Origin: Eledone cirrhosa
Taxonomy: Eukaryota
DNA: 64,000 nt
NCBI GenBank assembly: GCA_964016885.1
Contig: OZ024743.1
Span: 50,778,001-50,842,000, forward strand
Reading direction: 5' to 3'
The position numbers were made by a program, and so were the translations under genes. The notes below the pieces were generated by a model. It did no database searches and was not told the origin of the DNA. It was given only the letters and a program-made list of their open reading frames with translations. Each line of letters begins with the position of its first letter. The stretch's first letter is position 1. Positions 12,545-26,426 of the stretch are shown one piece after another.

Positions 12545-14758
12545 CTACATTTTAAATTTAAATTTATATTTAAACGTTGAGTTTAATCTATGTTTGCAAC
12601 AACTGAATAAATTTGTCCGTAGATTAAGGGAATTTTTAGATTTTAGTATAAAGAATATCTCCTCTGCGCAGAGGTCACATGTCTCAGAGGATGAATTAAA
12701 AGGAATCCCTCTTGAGACTATATTCCAAGCCGTCGAATATCTAACGTTATCTAGCTTAAGTTGCCAGAGTACGCCTGATAGTGCCGTTGAAGATTTTTTG
12801 CTTGGATCTGTGAAAGAATTCTTGTGGTTATTATAGCGAAGTTTAAATTCCGTCGATGTGGAACCGACGTAGTTAAAAGAATTAGAGTCAGTATTAACAT
12901 TACAATTGTATACTATATTTTTAACTAAGCAGTTGTTATTTAACGGACATTTAGATCTATCTCTACAGTTACATTTGTTAACTTATATATTATTTATGCT
13001 ATTATCACTAGGTTTTAAGTTCCTATTATTTATTCTATTAATATTTTGTGCTAAATTTTTGGTGGATGAGTAGGTTAATTTAATTGTATGCCTATTGAAA
13101 ATTGAGTGATACCTATGTGTTCTAGGGAAGCGATTATCAAGAGCTTTGAAAAATAGTTTAGCGATGTGGGTTTTAATGTTTAGTGAGAAAGGGGGGGCAA
13201 ACCAAATTATGTTCCTAGTTCTATTTCTTTTTTGGCCTTTGGAATTATTGTAATGCTTTCTATTATAGTTGTTAAGGTTGTTGCCGTAATTAAAAAAGTT
13301 GTTACTTTGTTTAGTTTGTCTATCATTATCTATGTACACAATCTTATCAGCATATCCTGCTCTAGCTAATGCTTCATTATAGTATTGGGCCTTTTCGTCG
13401 AAAATCTTTCTATTCGACGAGATCCTAGAGATACGTTTTTGAACAGAGTTTACTATAGTGTTTTTGACAGATCTGGGGTGGTTAGAGTTAAAGTTGACAT
13501 AGTTTAAGTTTTCATTCAACTTGTGAAAAGGATAGTGGAGACATTTGTTGAGATTTAATGTTATATCTAGGAAATTGACTATTCTATGGTTGTTCTCAAT
13601 TTCTATTTTAAGATTAAAGTAATTAAAAAATTGTGTAATTTGTTTACATTTTCTATTTAGTTCAGGGTTATTATTATTAATAAGTAAAAGCATGTCATCT
13701 CTATATAAACCTCCGGTAGTACCAGGTATTTTCCTATGTAGCGAATTGATTAAAAATAAGCCCACAAGGTCAGTTACCTGAGCTGAGTCGGATGATCCCA
13801 TAGTTATGTCAAAATTGCTATCTCTATCTGCTCTGGTCCATAATTTGTCATTAAATTCTATCAAAGTTTTCCTAGCCGATAATATAATATGCATTTCTTT
13901 GCTAGTTAGGTCAGTATGCTTGAATGCGTAATTTAGTGCCTTATTTAGTAGACTAGGGGTAATAGAAGAATAATAGTTAGCTATATCAAGTTGAATAAAC
14001 CTATTATTATTGTTATATTTAATTTGCTTAAACCACTCAACAACCTCTCCAGTTCCCTTCCACAAGCTCAGGTTAGATACACAATCCAAGTTCTTAATTT
14101 GCTGTATCACCCTGTCAAGAATGTTTTTGCTTAATTTGCCCAGGTCCGATTTTGATGGTGCGATCAATCTAACTGGCAGGTCATTTTCAAAATTCCTCTT
14201 GTGATCCTTCATATTGATCTTCGGTTTCCTGGGCATGAAAGGTTGTGTTCTGTTCTCAATTTCCAACTCGTGCATTATACAAGATGCTTCGACATTCATT
14301 TTCTCAAGTTCGGCCTTATCTGCTACCTTGTACTTTTTCCTCAGCTCTTTCAGTATGAGCCCATTATACATGTCTTTCTGCACTCCATAGAGGTTGTTGG
14401 TCTTGTCAGATTTCACCAAGATCTTCTCAGTTTTCTCTAAGCTCTCAATGTTATCCTTAATGCCTTTCAGATATTCCTGGCCTTTGAAGTTTCTCTTGAA
14501 TTTGACCCCTTGTATGATAGAAATTATATCGTTTTCAAAGTCAGATAAAAGTTTGTTAGGGGGTGGATTTCTTTTAGATTTGAAAACTTTGTTTAAGTCC
14601 GAGACATTTTCGTTTGCATTAGATTTATCAAAGTGGAATGCACGCCACCTGATTCTCCTTATAAAAGAGTCAGATTTATCTATTAATTGTTTTATAAAGT
14701 CTTTGTTTCTAGGTAGAGGTATGTCTTTTAGAGAGGAGGTAATCTTAAAGAATTCCAT
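12545..14758 (-). pseudogene. Penelope-type reverse transcriptase plus GIY-YIG endonuclease, with a single in-frame TAA at 12983-12985
   Basis: RT motifs LDIANYYSSI, MGSSDSAQVTDLVG, YRDD; past the stop the same frame reads CNCRDRSKCPLNNNC, IVY, YVGST, FKLRYNNH, CDLC, CKH to TAG at 12545. Confidence 0.92.
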
Positions 14759-17128
14759 TTTTCCAGTTATAATATAAAGCGCTCAACAGTATTGGAGCAA
14801 GATACATGGAAAGTTATATTTAAAATTGTTGGGTTACAACTAGTAAATATTTATAACTGATATAAAAGCACTCGACAAATATTTGGAGTATATTTACAAT
14901 ATTAAATAAATGGAAACTATATTTATAAAACCATATTTATTTCATTATATATATTTCGGGGATATCATATTAACAATATGCTATGCCTTCCTCAGACAAA
15001 ATACAATATAAACAGTTTTATAGATAAATAGATTCGACATACCGTAACAACACCGACTTGCATTTGAAGTGGTTGAACTGGCAGTGAAAAAATTTTACAC
15101 AGAGAGAAAGAAAGAGCAAAAAGAAAGAAAGACAGAAAACGAAGAAAAGGAAGAAAAAGAAGAAATGCATGGAACAAAATAGAGAGATGGAAAGATAGAT
15201 AAAGAGAAGAACTTCATGTAAAGAAACAGAAAGAGATATATATATATATAGAGAGAGGAAATAGAGATAGATACATATATATATATAGAAAATTAGGTAG
15301 TGGGAGGTCAGTTGAGTAAATGTATCAATGATACATTTATTTATTTATTTATTTATTTAGCTCTAGTATTAATGTAAGGGAGATATATAGATCACAGATC
15401 CAAGCAAAAAATCTTCAACGGCACTATCAGGCGTACTCTGGCAACTTAAGCTAGATAACGTTAGATATTCGACGGCTTGGAATATAGTCTCAAGAGGGAT
15501 TCCTTTTAATTCATCCTCTGAGACATGTGACCTCTGCGCAGAGGAGATATTCTTTATACTAAAATCTAAAAATTCCCTTAATCTACGGACAAATTTATTC
15601 AGTTGTTGCAAACATAGATTAAACTCAACGTTTAAATATAAATTTAAATTTAAAATGTAGTATATTTAGTTTGATTTATATTTATATGGGAAACTAGCCG
15701 ATAAATCTTTGATTCCTTCTTTTTATTCTTTTTTATTGTTTATTTTTATTTTATTTTTATTTAAACATTCCTCATGAAAAATTAAGCTACCCTAAAAGCT
15801 GATGCTCCAAATATTTTGAATAAACCTTACACTAGATAAACTTCTATATTAAATATAGGAACACATGTAGACCAAATTGGGCATCATAAACTTTTTGAAA
15901 TGATCTTTGCTAGATGTGATTTGATAGATAATTTTTGGCTTTGTCTGTTTTTCGACTCTGATGCTTATAATGAACTTGGCAATATATTGTCAATTAATTT
16001 TGAAGGGTTGATCTTTGTGGTTTATTTTTATTTTTTATTATTGTAGTATTTTCTAATATTTTTTTATTTTTATTTTTAATATCTTTAATATGTAAATTTT
16101 TTAATATGTAATATTTTTAATATGTAATATTCTTTCGTAATATTTTTTTTTGTTTTCTATTTTATTATTACTTATTATTATTATTGTTATTTTTTTAGTT
16201 TTGTTTCTGATATATATTTTTATTAGTATATTGAAATCTGCTCTCTATTTCTGCTTGATAGATAATCTTGTAGAGTAAAGACAGGAATAATAATACACAT
16301 ATATGTATACTCAAATTTTTATACCACATTGAGAATGTTTTCCGTGAACTTAGAGTTTGCAGAGTTGATCATGTGGATTCACATGGATGTTTGTAGCTAT
16401 CACATAAACATATGAATTTTTTTAAAAAACTAAACATAAGATAATTAATTTTCACACACTATGGATACTTGTCTCATTCAGGAATACTGATATTTACAAT
16501 ATAGTGGAAGTTTTATAAATACTAATACATTAAAACATAGGGTTTTTACGCCTCGAATATATCTGGCTATTTTTAAATCTTTTCTCTCGCTATTTTTTTC
16601 TCTCTATATTTTTTTTCTCTCTATATTTTTTTCTCTCTATATATATCTCCCTTACATTAATACTAGAGCTAAATAAATAAATAAATAAATAAATGTATCA
16701 TTGATACATTTACTCAACTGACCTCCCACTACCTAATTTTCTATATATATATATGTATCTATCTCTATTTCCTCTCTCTCTATATATATATATCTCTTTC
16801 TGTTTCTTTACATGAAGTTCTTCTCTTTATCTATCTTTCCATCTCTCTATTTTGTTCCATGCATTTCTTCTTTTTCTTCCTTTTCTTCGTTTTCTGTCTT
16901 TCTTTCTTTTTTCTCTTTCTTTCTCTCTGTGTAAAATTTTTTCACTGCCAGTTCAACCTCTTCAAATGCAAGTCGGTGTTGTTACGGTATGTCGAATCTA
17001 TTTATCTATAAAACTGTTTATATTGTATTTTGTCTGAGGAAGGCATAGCATATTGTTAATATGATATCCCCGAAATATATATAATGAAATAAATATGGTT
17101 TTATAAATATAGTTTCCATTTATTTAAT

Positions 17129-17192
<64 letters not shown>

Positions 17193-17362
17193 AGAGATAA
17201 ACACAGATATATACATATCTGGATGTTTGATATTTATCACAATCGGTTTGTATTTTTTCTTAATTCAGTCTTTTAATTGAGTCTGGCAAACCATATTGTT
17301 TATAGTTAGTATAATTCACCCTAGCGAATTTGGTCCCTTATAATTTGAATACATATATATAT

Positions 17363-17906
17363 CTAGGGCGGGTAAAATTCTCGAGATCCATGGACGAGAG
17401 CTCTCCAGCGGTCTCTGTCCCTCATTATAGCTGCCATGTCCTGCGTCTCCAACGGACCAGTGTCTGTCCTTAGGGCATCAACATACATTAACCTTGGTCT
17501 TCCTCTTCCAGTGTGTCCATGTAGGGGCTCCCACAGGAGCACTGAGTGCAATGTCAACTCTGGATGTCGGTGAGCATGTCCAGCTAACCTCGGTCTCCTC
17601 TGTGTCACTTTTGAGCTGACTTTTTGGAGGCTCCCATACAGCTCTGAGTTTTTCATCCTCAGTGTATACTGATTAATGTTCAGAGCCATCCTCAGCATTC
17701 TCGTGTAGCACCCATCCACCATCTGACTGAGTTTCTTGGTCAGTGTCCAAGTCTCAGACCCGTACAACAGCACAGACTCCACTACAGCAATGAAGAGGCG
17801 GATTTTCAGGTCTTTACGAAGGTCCGACTTCCTCACCGACTCAAGCTGTGGCACGCCGCCCAGGCCTTGCTCTTCCTCTCAACCACATCATCTTCCGTAT
17901 TCCCAA
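17363..17906 (-). mobile_element. RTE-like LINE 3' fragment inserted in the TA run of an older repeat
   Basis: VESVLLYGSETWTL, RLAGH, GRGRPR, DRDRWR; the flanks rejoin to match 34790-35050. Confidence 0.82.
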
Positions 17907-18845
17907 ATATATATGTATATAGCTGTGTTTATCTCTATTTATTATATTAAATTATATTACACGGCTCGGAAATTTTTTTCCTCGAGCTATTTTAATTGTA
18001 AGGGACTATTGTGGGTTTCTAACTCAATATATACTTATGATATATATATAGATATACTTATGATATATATATAGATATTGCATAATATCGATGAGATGGT
18101 CCAGGTTTGTCAAATACCTGATTAGTTTTCTCGTTGCTTTGGTTTATGTGGCTGGGTCACCAGTCGCAGTCTTCAATTTGTCAAGCTTTCTAACGTATGT
18201 TATTACTCTAAAGTGACACAACCTTATCGAATTATTTGCTGCACATTCCTAATTGTATATCGTTAGCTTGGCCACAGCCAAAACTTCGATTTTACTAAAC
18301 TTCCATTTGTATATATATATATATAGAGAGAGAGAGAGAAACCAAAGTCCACCATTTGTCTCCATCATGGATCAACTATGCACCCTTCCTATATTAACAC
18401 ATTTTGATCTGCTTAACTTCAAGAACTATGCCTGTAAATAACATTATTTTTTCTTTCACATTGACTTTTTATGCTCCACATTACGTCCCTTTTTTTCTTT
18501 TTTCTTTTTTATTTTCACTTCATAAACCTTGTTTGTAAATAACATTATTCTTTCTGCACCATTTCTTTAACATGTCCAACACCACCATTCTACACCAATA
18601 CATATCACTATCATTTGATAATGCATAAAAATGCTGAAACCGGTAATAGACAATTATTAAATATATAAATAGATAAATAAATGCCATTGTTAATTAATAA
18701 ATAAATCAACTAATACCTTAACACATCACACAAAGTAAAATATTTCGTTTTAATCATTTTCTAACCCAGAAAAAAGAGAGAAATAAATAAAAAGAGAAAA
18801 AAATATATTTTTCTTCCTAATAATCGTCTCCTTCTCCCTGTTTTC

Positions 18846-18936
<91 letters not shown>

Positions 18937-18937
<1 letters not shown>

Positions 18938-19215
18938 AGGCACGTGGCCTAGTGGTGAGAGTGTTGGACTTACGATCATAATGTCGTGGGCTCGATTCCT
19001 GGGTTGCGTGTTGTGTTCTTGAGCAAAACACTTCAAGTTGCTCCAGTATACTCAGCTGAAAATGAGTACCAGCAATAGCTGGAGGTTTAACTCTGCGATG
19101 GACTGGCGGCGTCCTGTCCAGGGGGGGGGAGTCTTGTACTCTCAGTCGCTTAACGCCATGAAACCGGGATAAGCACCGGCCAAATGAGCCTTCTGGCTTA
19201 AGACAGACTTTAGAC
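18937..19215 (+). mobile_element. SINE family B variant
   Basis: GGCACGTGGCCTAGTGG head, CTCGATTCC, CTTGAGCAAAACACTT, tail TTAAGACAGACTTTAGACTT. Confidence 0.75.
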
Positions 19216-19304
19216 TTTTTGTGTGTGTGTGTGTGTGTGTGTTCCAGTACATCAGTAAATTTAGTGAAACCACTACTATCGAGCTACGCACTACTACTAT
19301 CGAG

Positions 19305-19940
19305 TAACGTTAGTTCAAAAACCCTTCAGATGAGCCCCATTTCGGCTGCTTTTATTTGCGATCGTAATCTTTCGTTCATTACCCAAGATCCATGACCATA
19401 GGTAAGGGTTGGCACGAAATACCGAATTTGGCTTTTACACCAATCTCCCTTCTGATTACCAAATGCTGAAGTTGGTGCATTACTGCACTAGCACCTGCAA
19501 TCCTTGCACTTAGTTCAGCCTCCTGCCTTCCATCACTCGTGAACACGGCCCCGAGATACTTGAACTTCTCCACCTGCTTCAGTGGAACTCCACTCACATG
19601 TAGAGTGCACTTCACAGTCTTCCTGGATACGACGACTGTCTCAATCTTTTCAGCACTGATTTTCATTCCTGACATCCAGCATTCGGCAGCAAACCTATCA
19701 AATGCATGTTGAAGATCACCTTCTGACTAATTAAGTAACACCATGTCATCCGTAAATTCCAGGCAACTCACCTTACATAGCGCCGGTTCAATCATAGGGT
19801 CAATGATACAATCCGAGCAAAGAAGGGAGCTTACAAAGCTTGGAACCGCGTCCTCCTCGCACTTGCGGTACAAACAGAGGCAAAGGTCGCTGCAGAAACA
19901 GTAAAGACATCTTAAGTTAAGACATGGGAGAGTTTCTAGA
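19305..19940 (-). mobile_element. RTE-clade LINE fragment with an inverted upstream piece
   Basis: Minus strand EFTDDMVLL...QVEKFKYLG...ARIAGAS; plus strand 19790-19940 reads IRAKKGAYKAW...KTWESF, resembling the RTE linker. Confidence 0.72.
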
Positions 19941-19975
19941 CATACACTTTATTTCAGCTGATGGTTGACGTAATC

Positions 19976-20154
19976 TACTACTACTACTACTACTACTACT
20001 ACTGCTGCTGCTGTTGCTGCTACTGCTGCTACTGCTGCTAGTACTACTACTGCTGCTGCTGCTGCTGCTACTACTGCTACTACTACTACTACGACTACTA
20101 CTACTACTACCACTGCTGCTGCTGCTGCTACTACTACTACTACTGCTGTTGCTG

Positions 20155-20192
<38 letters not shown>

Positions 20193-20318
20193 GTTACTGC
20201 TGTGCTACTACTACTGCTGCTGCTGCTGCTTCTACTACTGCTACTACTACTACTACTACTACTACTACTGTTACTGCTGTTGCTACTACTACTGCTGCTG
20301 CTGCTGCTTCTACTACTG

Positions 20319-20370
<52 letters not shown>

Positions 20371-20504
20371 CACTGCTGCTGCTGCTGCTGCTACTACTAC
20401 TACTGCTGCCGCTGCTGTTGCTACTACTACTACTACTACTACTACTGCTGCCTCTTCTGCTGCTGCTACTGTTGCTACTACTACTACTACTGCTACTACT
20501 GCTG

Positions 20505-20537
<33 letters not shown>

Positions 20538-20708
20538 TTACTACTACTACTACTACTGCCGCCGCTGCTGCTGCTACTACTACTACTACTACTGCTACTA
20601 CTACTACTACTACTGCTACTACTTCTACTGCTACTACTGCTGCTACTACTACTACTACTACTACTAATGCTGCTGCTGCTACTACTACTACTGCTACTAC
20701 TACTACTG

Positions 20709-20743
<35 letters not shown>

Positions 20744-20819
20744 GCTGCTGCTACTACTACTACTACTACTACTACTACTGCTACTACTACTACTACTACT
20801 ACTACTACTGCTGCTGCTG

Positions 20820-20857
<38 letters not shown>

Positions 20858-20864
20858 GCTGCTG

Positions 20865-20896
<32 letters not shown>

Positions 20897-20993
20897 GCTG
20901 CTGCTACTACTACTACTACTACTACTGCTACTACTACTACTACTACTACTACTGCTGCTGCTGCTACTACTACTACTACTACTACTACTACTG

Positions 20994-21028
<35 letters not shown>

Positions 21029-21056
21029 GCTGCTACTACTACTACTACTACTACTG

Positions 21057-21088
<32 letters not shown>

Positions 21089-21125
21089 GCTGCTGCTACT
21101 ACTACTACTACTACTACTACTACTG

Positions 21126-21157
<32 letters not shown>

Positions 21158-21167
21158 GCTGCTGCTG

Positions 21168-21217
<50 letters not shown>

Positions 21218-21224
21218 GCTGCTG

Positions 21225-21256
<32 letters not shown>

Positions 21257-21356
21257 GCTGCTGCTACTACTACTACTACTACTACTGCTACTACTACTAC
21301 TACTACTACTACTACTGCTGCTGCTTCTACTACTACTACTGCTACTACTACTACTG

Positions 21357-21397
<41 letters not shown>

Positions 21398-21467
21398 GCT
21401 GCTGCTACTACTACTACTACTACTACTGCTACTACTACTACTACTACTACTACTACTGCTGCTGCTG

Positions 21468-21505
<38 letters not shown>

Positions 21506-21534
21506 GCTGCTACTACTACTACTACTACTACTAC
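19976..21534. repeat. 1.56-kb (CTA)n/(CTG)n array
   Basis: Direct reading; explains the poly-L, poly-V and Y/C ORFs. Confidence 0.97.
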
Positions 21535-22640
21535 TTTTACCATAAAGTTTCTCCTCGTATCTTTCTTTATATGATATATAATTAACAAAAGATTCTCCTT
21601 GAAGAGGAATGGAAGTACTATTTCTAGCAGGTCAAGCATGCACTAAGAAGCCCACCTGATATAACAGCAATACTGTTGTGAGTGAATATATTTATCTATT
21701 CATAAGCCACGCTGTGCTGGTACTCAAGTTAAACTCAACACTTTCTATGGTGTCTAACAATTGATTTGATAATGTAATGAAAGCTCATTTCTACCAATAA
21801 ATGCCATAACAAAATGGATTAATTAAGAATGTTTGGCCAAATAAAAGGTTAAAATTCCAACCATATTCTCTTATATAATTCCATTCTTTACAGTGTGAAA
21901 ATTACGTTGGAAAAGCAACTAAGTCGCTTTTGTTTTCCATTTGAATAATTAGTGTCTTTTGAGAGGGAATCAACGTCATAGAACATAGCTTCCTACCTCT
22001 TTCTCTCCCCTCCCATCCTCATGTCTTCACTCCACCTTTCCTCCCATACACCCTTTTCTCCAATTTTTCCATAACTCTTCAGTCACCAACTCACTGCCAG
22101 CACGGAAACCAGGTTCCTATGCGAATTTTGTTTGATTGTCGTCAATCTGAGAATAACATTAAGAGTATTTGTGTCTGTGGAATACTCAGACACTTGTTCG
22201 TTAATTTCACGAGCAAGCTGTTCCATTGATCAAACAACTGGAACACTCATCGTTGAAACCGATGGAGGTTCCTTGCTGTAATGATCAATAGGACGTTTTG
22301 CTGGCAAGCTCTTCAGTCCACTTCCGTTCAGACCCACTATGACAGGCCTTAAAAGCACAATCAGTTTAGTAGCAGCCTCTACCCCTTACAGCTGTACACA
22401 TCCTCAACAGATGAACTTCAAATAAGCCGTTTGTATATAATTAACATTCTCAGTCCTGTGACTCCTGCTTTTGTGTGTGTGTGTGTGTGTTTTTAACGAT
22501 AATAACTGTATTAACTGCGCCATTATAACTTCAACGTCAGAGATCAAATTATACCAAACCATATTTCAATATATTTCAATATATGTACCATATGTGTGTG
22601 TGTGCGTGAGTGTTTGTGCGTGTGTGTGTATGTATGTATG

Positions 22641-23181
22641 CAGGTTGCTCTTCAGAGCTACTGGTAACATGTAATCCAGTACAACCTGTGCAGGGTCGGG
22701 TCGTCGGCGACTAAACCGGCAACCCCACCTAGCTTGCTTGGTGAGGAGGGTGATTTTGGACACCCAGCGGGATGAAAAACAAAACCCGTCAAAGGGGTGG
22801 AGGAACTCAGGAGAGTCAACTGTCATCCAATAAAGTTTTTCTTTTGTGGAGCGAGAGACTCCTAGTCTTCATTAAGACATCTCTCTAGGAGAAGGTCAAT
22901 CTGATGTAAAACCTGCGACTTCGTTTGCATCCAATGATGTAGACTAGTTCTTTTTGGGTAAATGCATTCAATGTTCAGAAAGTGGGATTGGCCCCGTGTA
23001 AAGCCTTTCCTCACTAAAAAAAGCTTCAAGCACAGGCATTGCTTGATATGTGACATTTTTTGCGATGCATGGTATTGCTAGCCTTAGGCAAGTCCCTAGC
23101 AGGACTAAAAAGCCACGTCCGTAATGCTCATGCTTAAGTATCAAGCGATGGCATTACTCCAAAACGAGTTGCAGCCATCAT
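22641..23181 (+). mobile_element. Non-coding retroposon ending in (TATG)n, diverged relative of 49012-49620; a further related piece at 23421-23711
   Basis: Shares CAGTACAACCTG, GGGTCG..GGCGACTAAAC, CACAGGCATTGC and the 3' AAAACGAGTTG(G)CAGCCA end. Confidence 0.72.
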
Positions 23182-24229
23182 GTAAATATGTATGTATATA
23201 TGTATATATGTAAATATGTATGTATGTATGTACGTATGTATGTATGTATGTATGTATGTAAGTATGTATGTATGTATGTAAGTATGTATGTATGTAAATA
23301 TGTATGTATGTACGTATGTATGTAAGTATGTATGTATGTAAGTATGTATGTATGTAAATATGTATGTATGTACGTATGTATGTAAGTATGTATGTATGTA
23401 AGTATGTATGTATGTAAGTATGGTTAAACCACTGGGAATGAAGGACCCCTAGCCTTTGTCAGGGCATTCTTCTAGGAGAAGGCAACTCAGGAAACTGGGA
23501 TAACTCCGATATAAAACCTGCGGCTCAGTAATTACTGATGATGTTGATCTTTTCTTCTTTTCGGGTTATAGCTACTGTCGCTCAGAGAGTGGGATTGGCT
23601 CAGTGCACAGTCTTTCCTCACTTTTAAAAAAATCTTCACGTACAGGCATTGCACGATAGAATTAATTCATAATTATTAATAATGTTATATCGACGAGGAG
23701 GCAGCCATCATGTATGTATGCAAGTATGTATGTATCTCCTGTTGCGGCATTTAGGCCTTTAAAGCCTAGTAGAGTCCACCCCCTCTCCAGGTCTGAACAG
23801 CCGACTTGTTCCAGAGAAGGAGAGAAAGTGATAACGAGGAAGTGAGAAAGAGATATAGCGGGAATTCGACCCTGGTGGTGACCTGGTACTTTTTATATTG
23901 ATCTCGAAAGGATGACAAGTAAAGTTGACCTCGATGGGATTTCAAAGCCAGAACAAATATCACAAGGTATTCGTTCCGACGTTCTATATATACGTACCAA
24001 ATACATACATGTGTGTGGGGAAGGTGTTTGTGTGGATGTGTGTGTGTTTGGGTGGGTGGGTGGGAGGGAGGGTGGGTGTGGGTGTAGGGTGGGGTGAGTT
24101 TGTGGTAGGGTGGGTATGGGTGTGGATGGGGGTGGATGGGGGTGTAGGTGTGGGTGTGGGTGTGGATGTATGGGTATCCGTGTGTGTGTGTGTAGGTGTG
24201 TGGATGTGTTTGTGTGTGTGTGTGTACCA

Positions 24230-24400
24230 AACTACAAGCGTTCCTCTTCAGAGCCAGACATATTTCAAACTCTACCCTACCACAATTACTGCCTCTATAC
24301 AAAGATCAGGTGAGACACCTAAACGAGTACTGTTCTCACATCTGGGACAGCGATGCCACTACACGGCAGCCATCTTAGACATACAATAGAAAACAGCTCC
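24230..24400 (+). mobile_element. Degenerate CR1/Jockey-like LINE fragment (similar remnant near 25870-25940)
   Basis: LYKDQVRHLNEYCSHIWDS; the second copy reads RPTMVYFSHTWDSA. Confidence 0.45.
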
Positions 24401-24521
24401 CTTTATTTACGTGTCCCAACGACTTTTTTTAGCCGTTGCTCGCACCAACCGGAGGTATATGGTCTTTAAAGCGATGAAATGCCTATGATGGTTGGAAGAT
24501 CACTGATGAAGGACAAACTTT

Positions 24522-24575
<54 letters not shown>

Positions 24576-25084
24576 CATAAGTTTAAAAGGTCATACAAAA
24601 CTGAGATGATGGTTAAGAAGCCATTAACCACCTAAGCCAAAAAAGCGAGCAAGCTAAGTGGGTTAAACAAAATAAGATATGATTGAAATATTTACCCGAT
24701 ATAGGGTTTCTGCGACACCTAAATCAATAATACTGTCTGCTTATAAAGAATAATAAGCTTTTGGTATAATGATCGAACAAGGATATCACTTTCTCAACAA
24801 GCATTTTGTTCTGCGTGCGCTAGGATCTCACAGTGTTCGAAAGCACATGTGAATTCCAAAGAGGAGAAACCCCCTAGTTTTGGCAAATGAATTCAGTATG
24901 TGTAGTCATTGCAAAAATTTGCAAAAACACCACAAAACGAATTAAGCTCTCAGCCGAGTAGTTTTTAAAAATAAACTTAAGCGATTAATCAGTCAATAGA
25001 ATTAACTAAAAACAATCAAAAAAATTAACTGGTTAATTGCTAGACTTGGGAGTTTAATACAAATATAAATTTAGCGAGAATCGC

Positions 25085-25148
<64 letters not shown>

Positions 25149-25176
25149 GTGGTTACACAACAGTTAGTTCACCATA

Positions 25177-25216
25177 CCGAGAACAATTGTTTCACCTTAG
25201 CGGATCCTCAGCTCGG
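25177..25216 (-). ncRNA. Minimal hammerhead motif in fold-back element 25144-25346
   Basis: CCGAG-CTGAGGA-TCCGCTAAGGT-GAAA-CAATTG-TT-CTCGG; 34-bp inverted arms 25144-25177 and 25248-25281. Confidence 0.72.
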
Positions 25217-25688
25217 AATGGGCATGGTTATCGGTATAGTGAATTCAGTATGGTGAACTAACTGTTGTGTAACCACTTCTACCTAACTCGTCCAATAGAT
25301 TGAGTGCTCTACCACTACGGATATTACCTTCCAGTGTTCCACCACTATATATATACTATAAAGTATGTCCATAGAATCATTTGATAATATATTTCCTCTC
25401 CCAATTAGCATAATCAACGACACAAAAAAAACAATTAAACCAGGCTATAAGATTAAAAGGCACCTATGAAGAAATAGTAGATAAATAAACGACAGCCATC
25501 TATTCGCGATCAACCGCTATAAAATATTTACCCAACATTTCTATAGCACGTGGAAATCGATTAAATATACCGCCAACCATACACAATTAGGTATAAAATT
25601 AAAGTTAGAAGAAAAAATGCATATACACATACCAGGATTACGTTTCTACCCTAGGGTTTCATTCGCTTTCGGAAATATCCTATCATGG

Positions 25689-25760
<72 letters not shown>

Positions 25761-26054
25761 CATTCTAAGTTATAGATGTCATGTTTAAGATAATCTCAAG
25801 CATGCATCTTGTCTCCCAAAATAAGCTAAAAGAAAGCTTTAAAAAATACAGTAGCGTTCTTACATCTAGGGTCTTGTTGCTGTTATACAACATAGACCTA
25901 CAATGGTGTACTTCTCCCATACATGGGACAGTGCTATGGTTTCCCCCACAGACCTCCTGCTCCGCAGCAAAACAAAGACAAGACGCTCATCATCCTGCTC
26001 TAGCCTCTCATACATTCACAACGTGTTGGCTTCCCACTTTGATTTTTATACTGC

Positions 26055-26426
26055 GACTACACTGCCCTCACTTTCTCCAGCCACAACCTGGTGCAGTCTG
26101 CGACTAACCCAGGTTCTGTTGCACGTCGGGTTGTGGAGGCCAAACTCCTCAAATACCGGTCGCTCACCGACAGGTTTGCGGTTGTACCCTTGGCAGTGGA
26201 GACTTCTGGTGTCCTCGGCCCTAGAGCTACCTCCCTACTCACCACCATGGACGCTGAACTGGCCAGCCGCAGGTGTGAGCCTCGCGAGCTGGAATGGTTT
26301 TTTCAGAGCGTCTCCCTTGCCGTTCTCCGGGGAAACGCCTTCTCCATTCTGTCGGCCGGGGCTGTGGGGAGGCAACCAATATGATTGACTGACTTGTCAT
26401 CTTATCAGTCAGATGTTTTTAGACAC
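26055..26426 (+). mobile_element. CRE-like non-LTR retrotransposon 3' end (restriction-like endonuclease domain)
   Basis: DYT...EAKLLKYRSL...VPLAVETSGVLG...SLAVLRGNAFSIL, then a short 3' UTR. Confidence 0.75.

Larger units (their letters stand above)
10982..17134 (-). mobile_element. Penelope-like element (Naiad-type), copy 1, with direct pLTR and an inverted 5'-truncated second copy
   Basis: pLTR 14806-15391 matches 10982-11567; 15392-17134 is the reverse complement of 11071-12813; both outer ends abut (TA)n. Confidence 0.92.

Noticed and set aside
12594-12836. 80-aa ORF duplicated at 15369-15611
   Set aside because: Antisense to the GIY-YIG region; the duplication reflects the inverted arm
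20014-21639. Poly-L, poly-V and Cys/Tyr ORFs, and similar IY/HT/CV ORFs elsewhere
   Set aside because: Translations of microsatellites
24500-24530. CTGATGAAGG hammerhead half (also at 35915-35930 minus and 37170)
   Set aside because: No matching GAAA, stem III or stem I found
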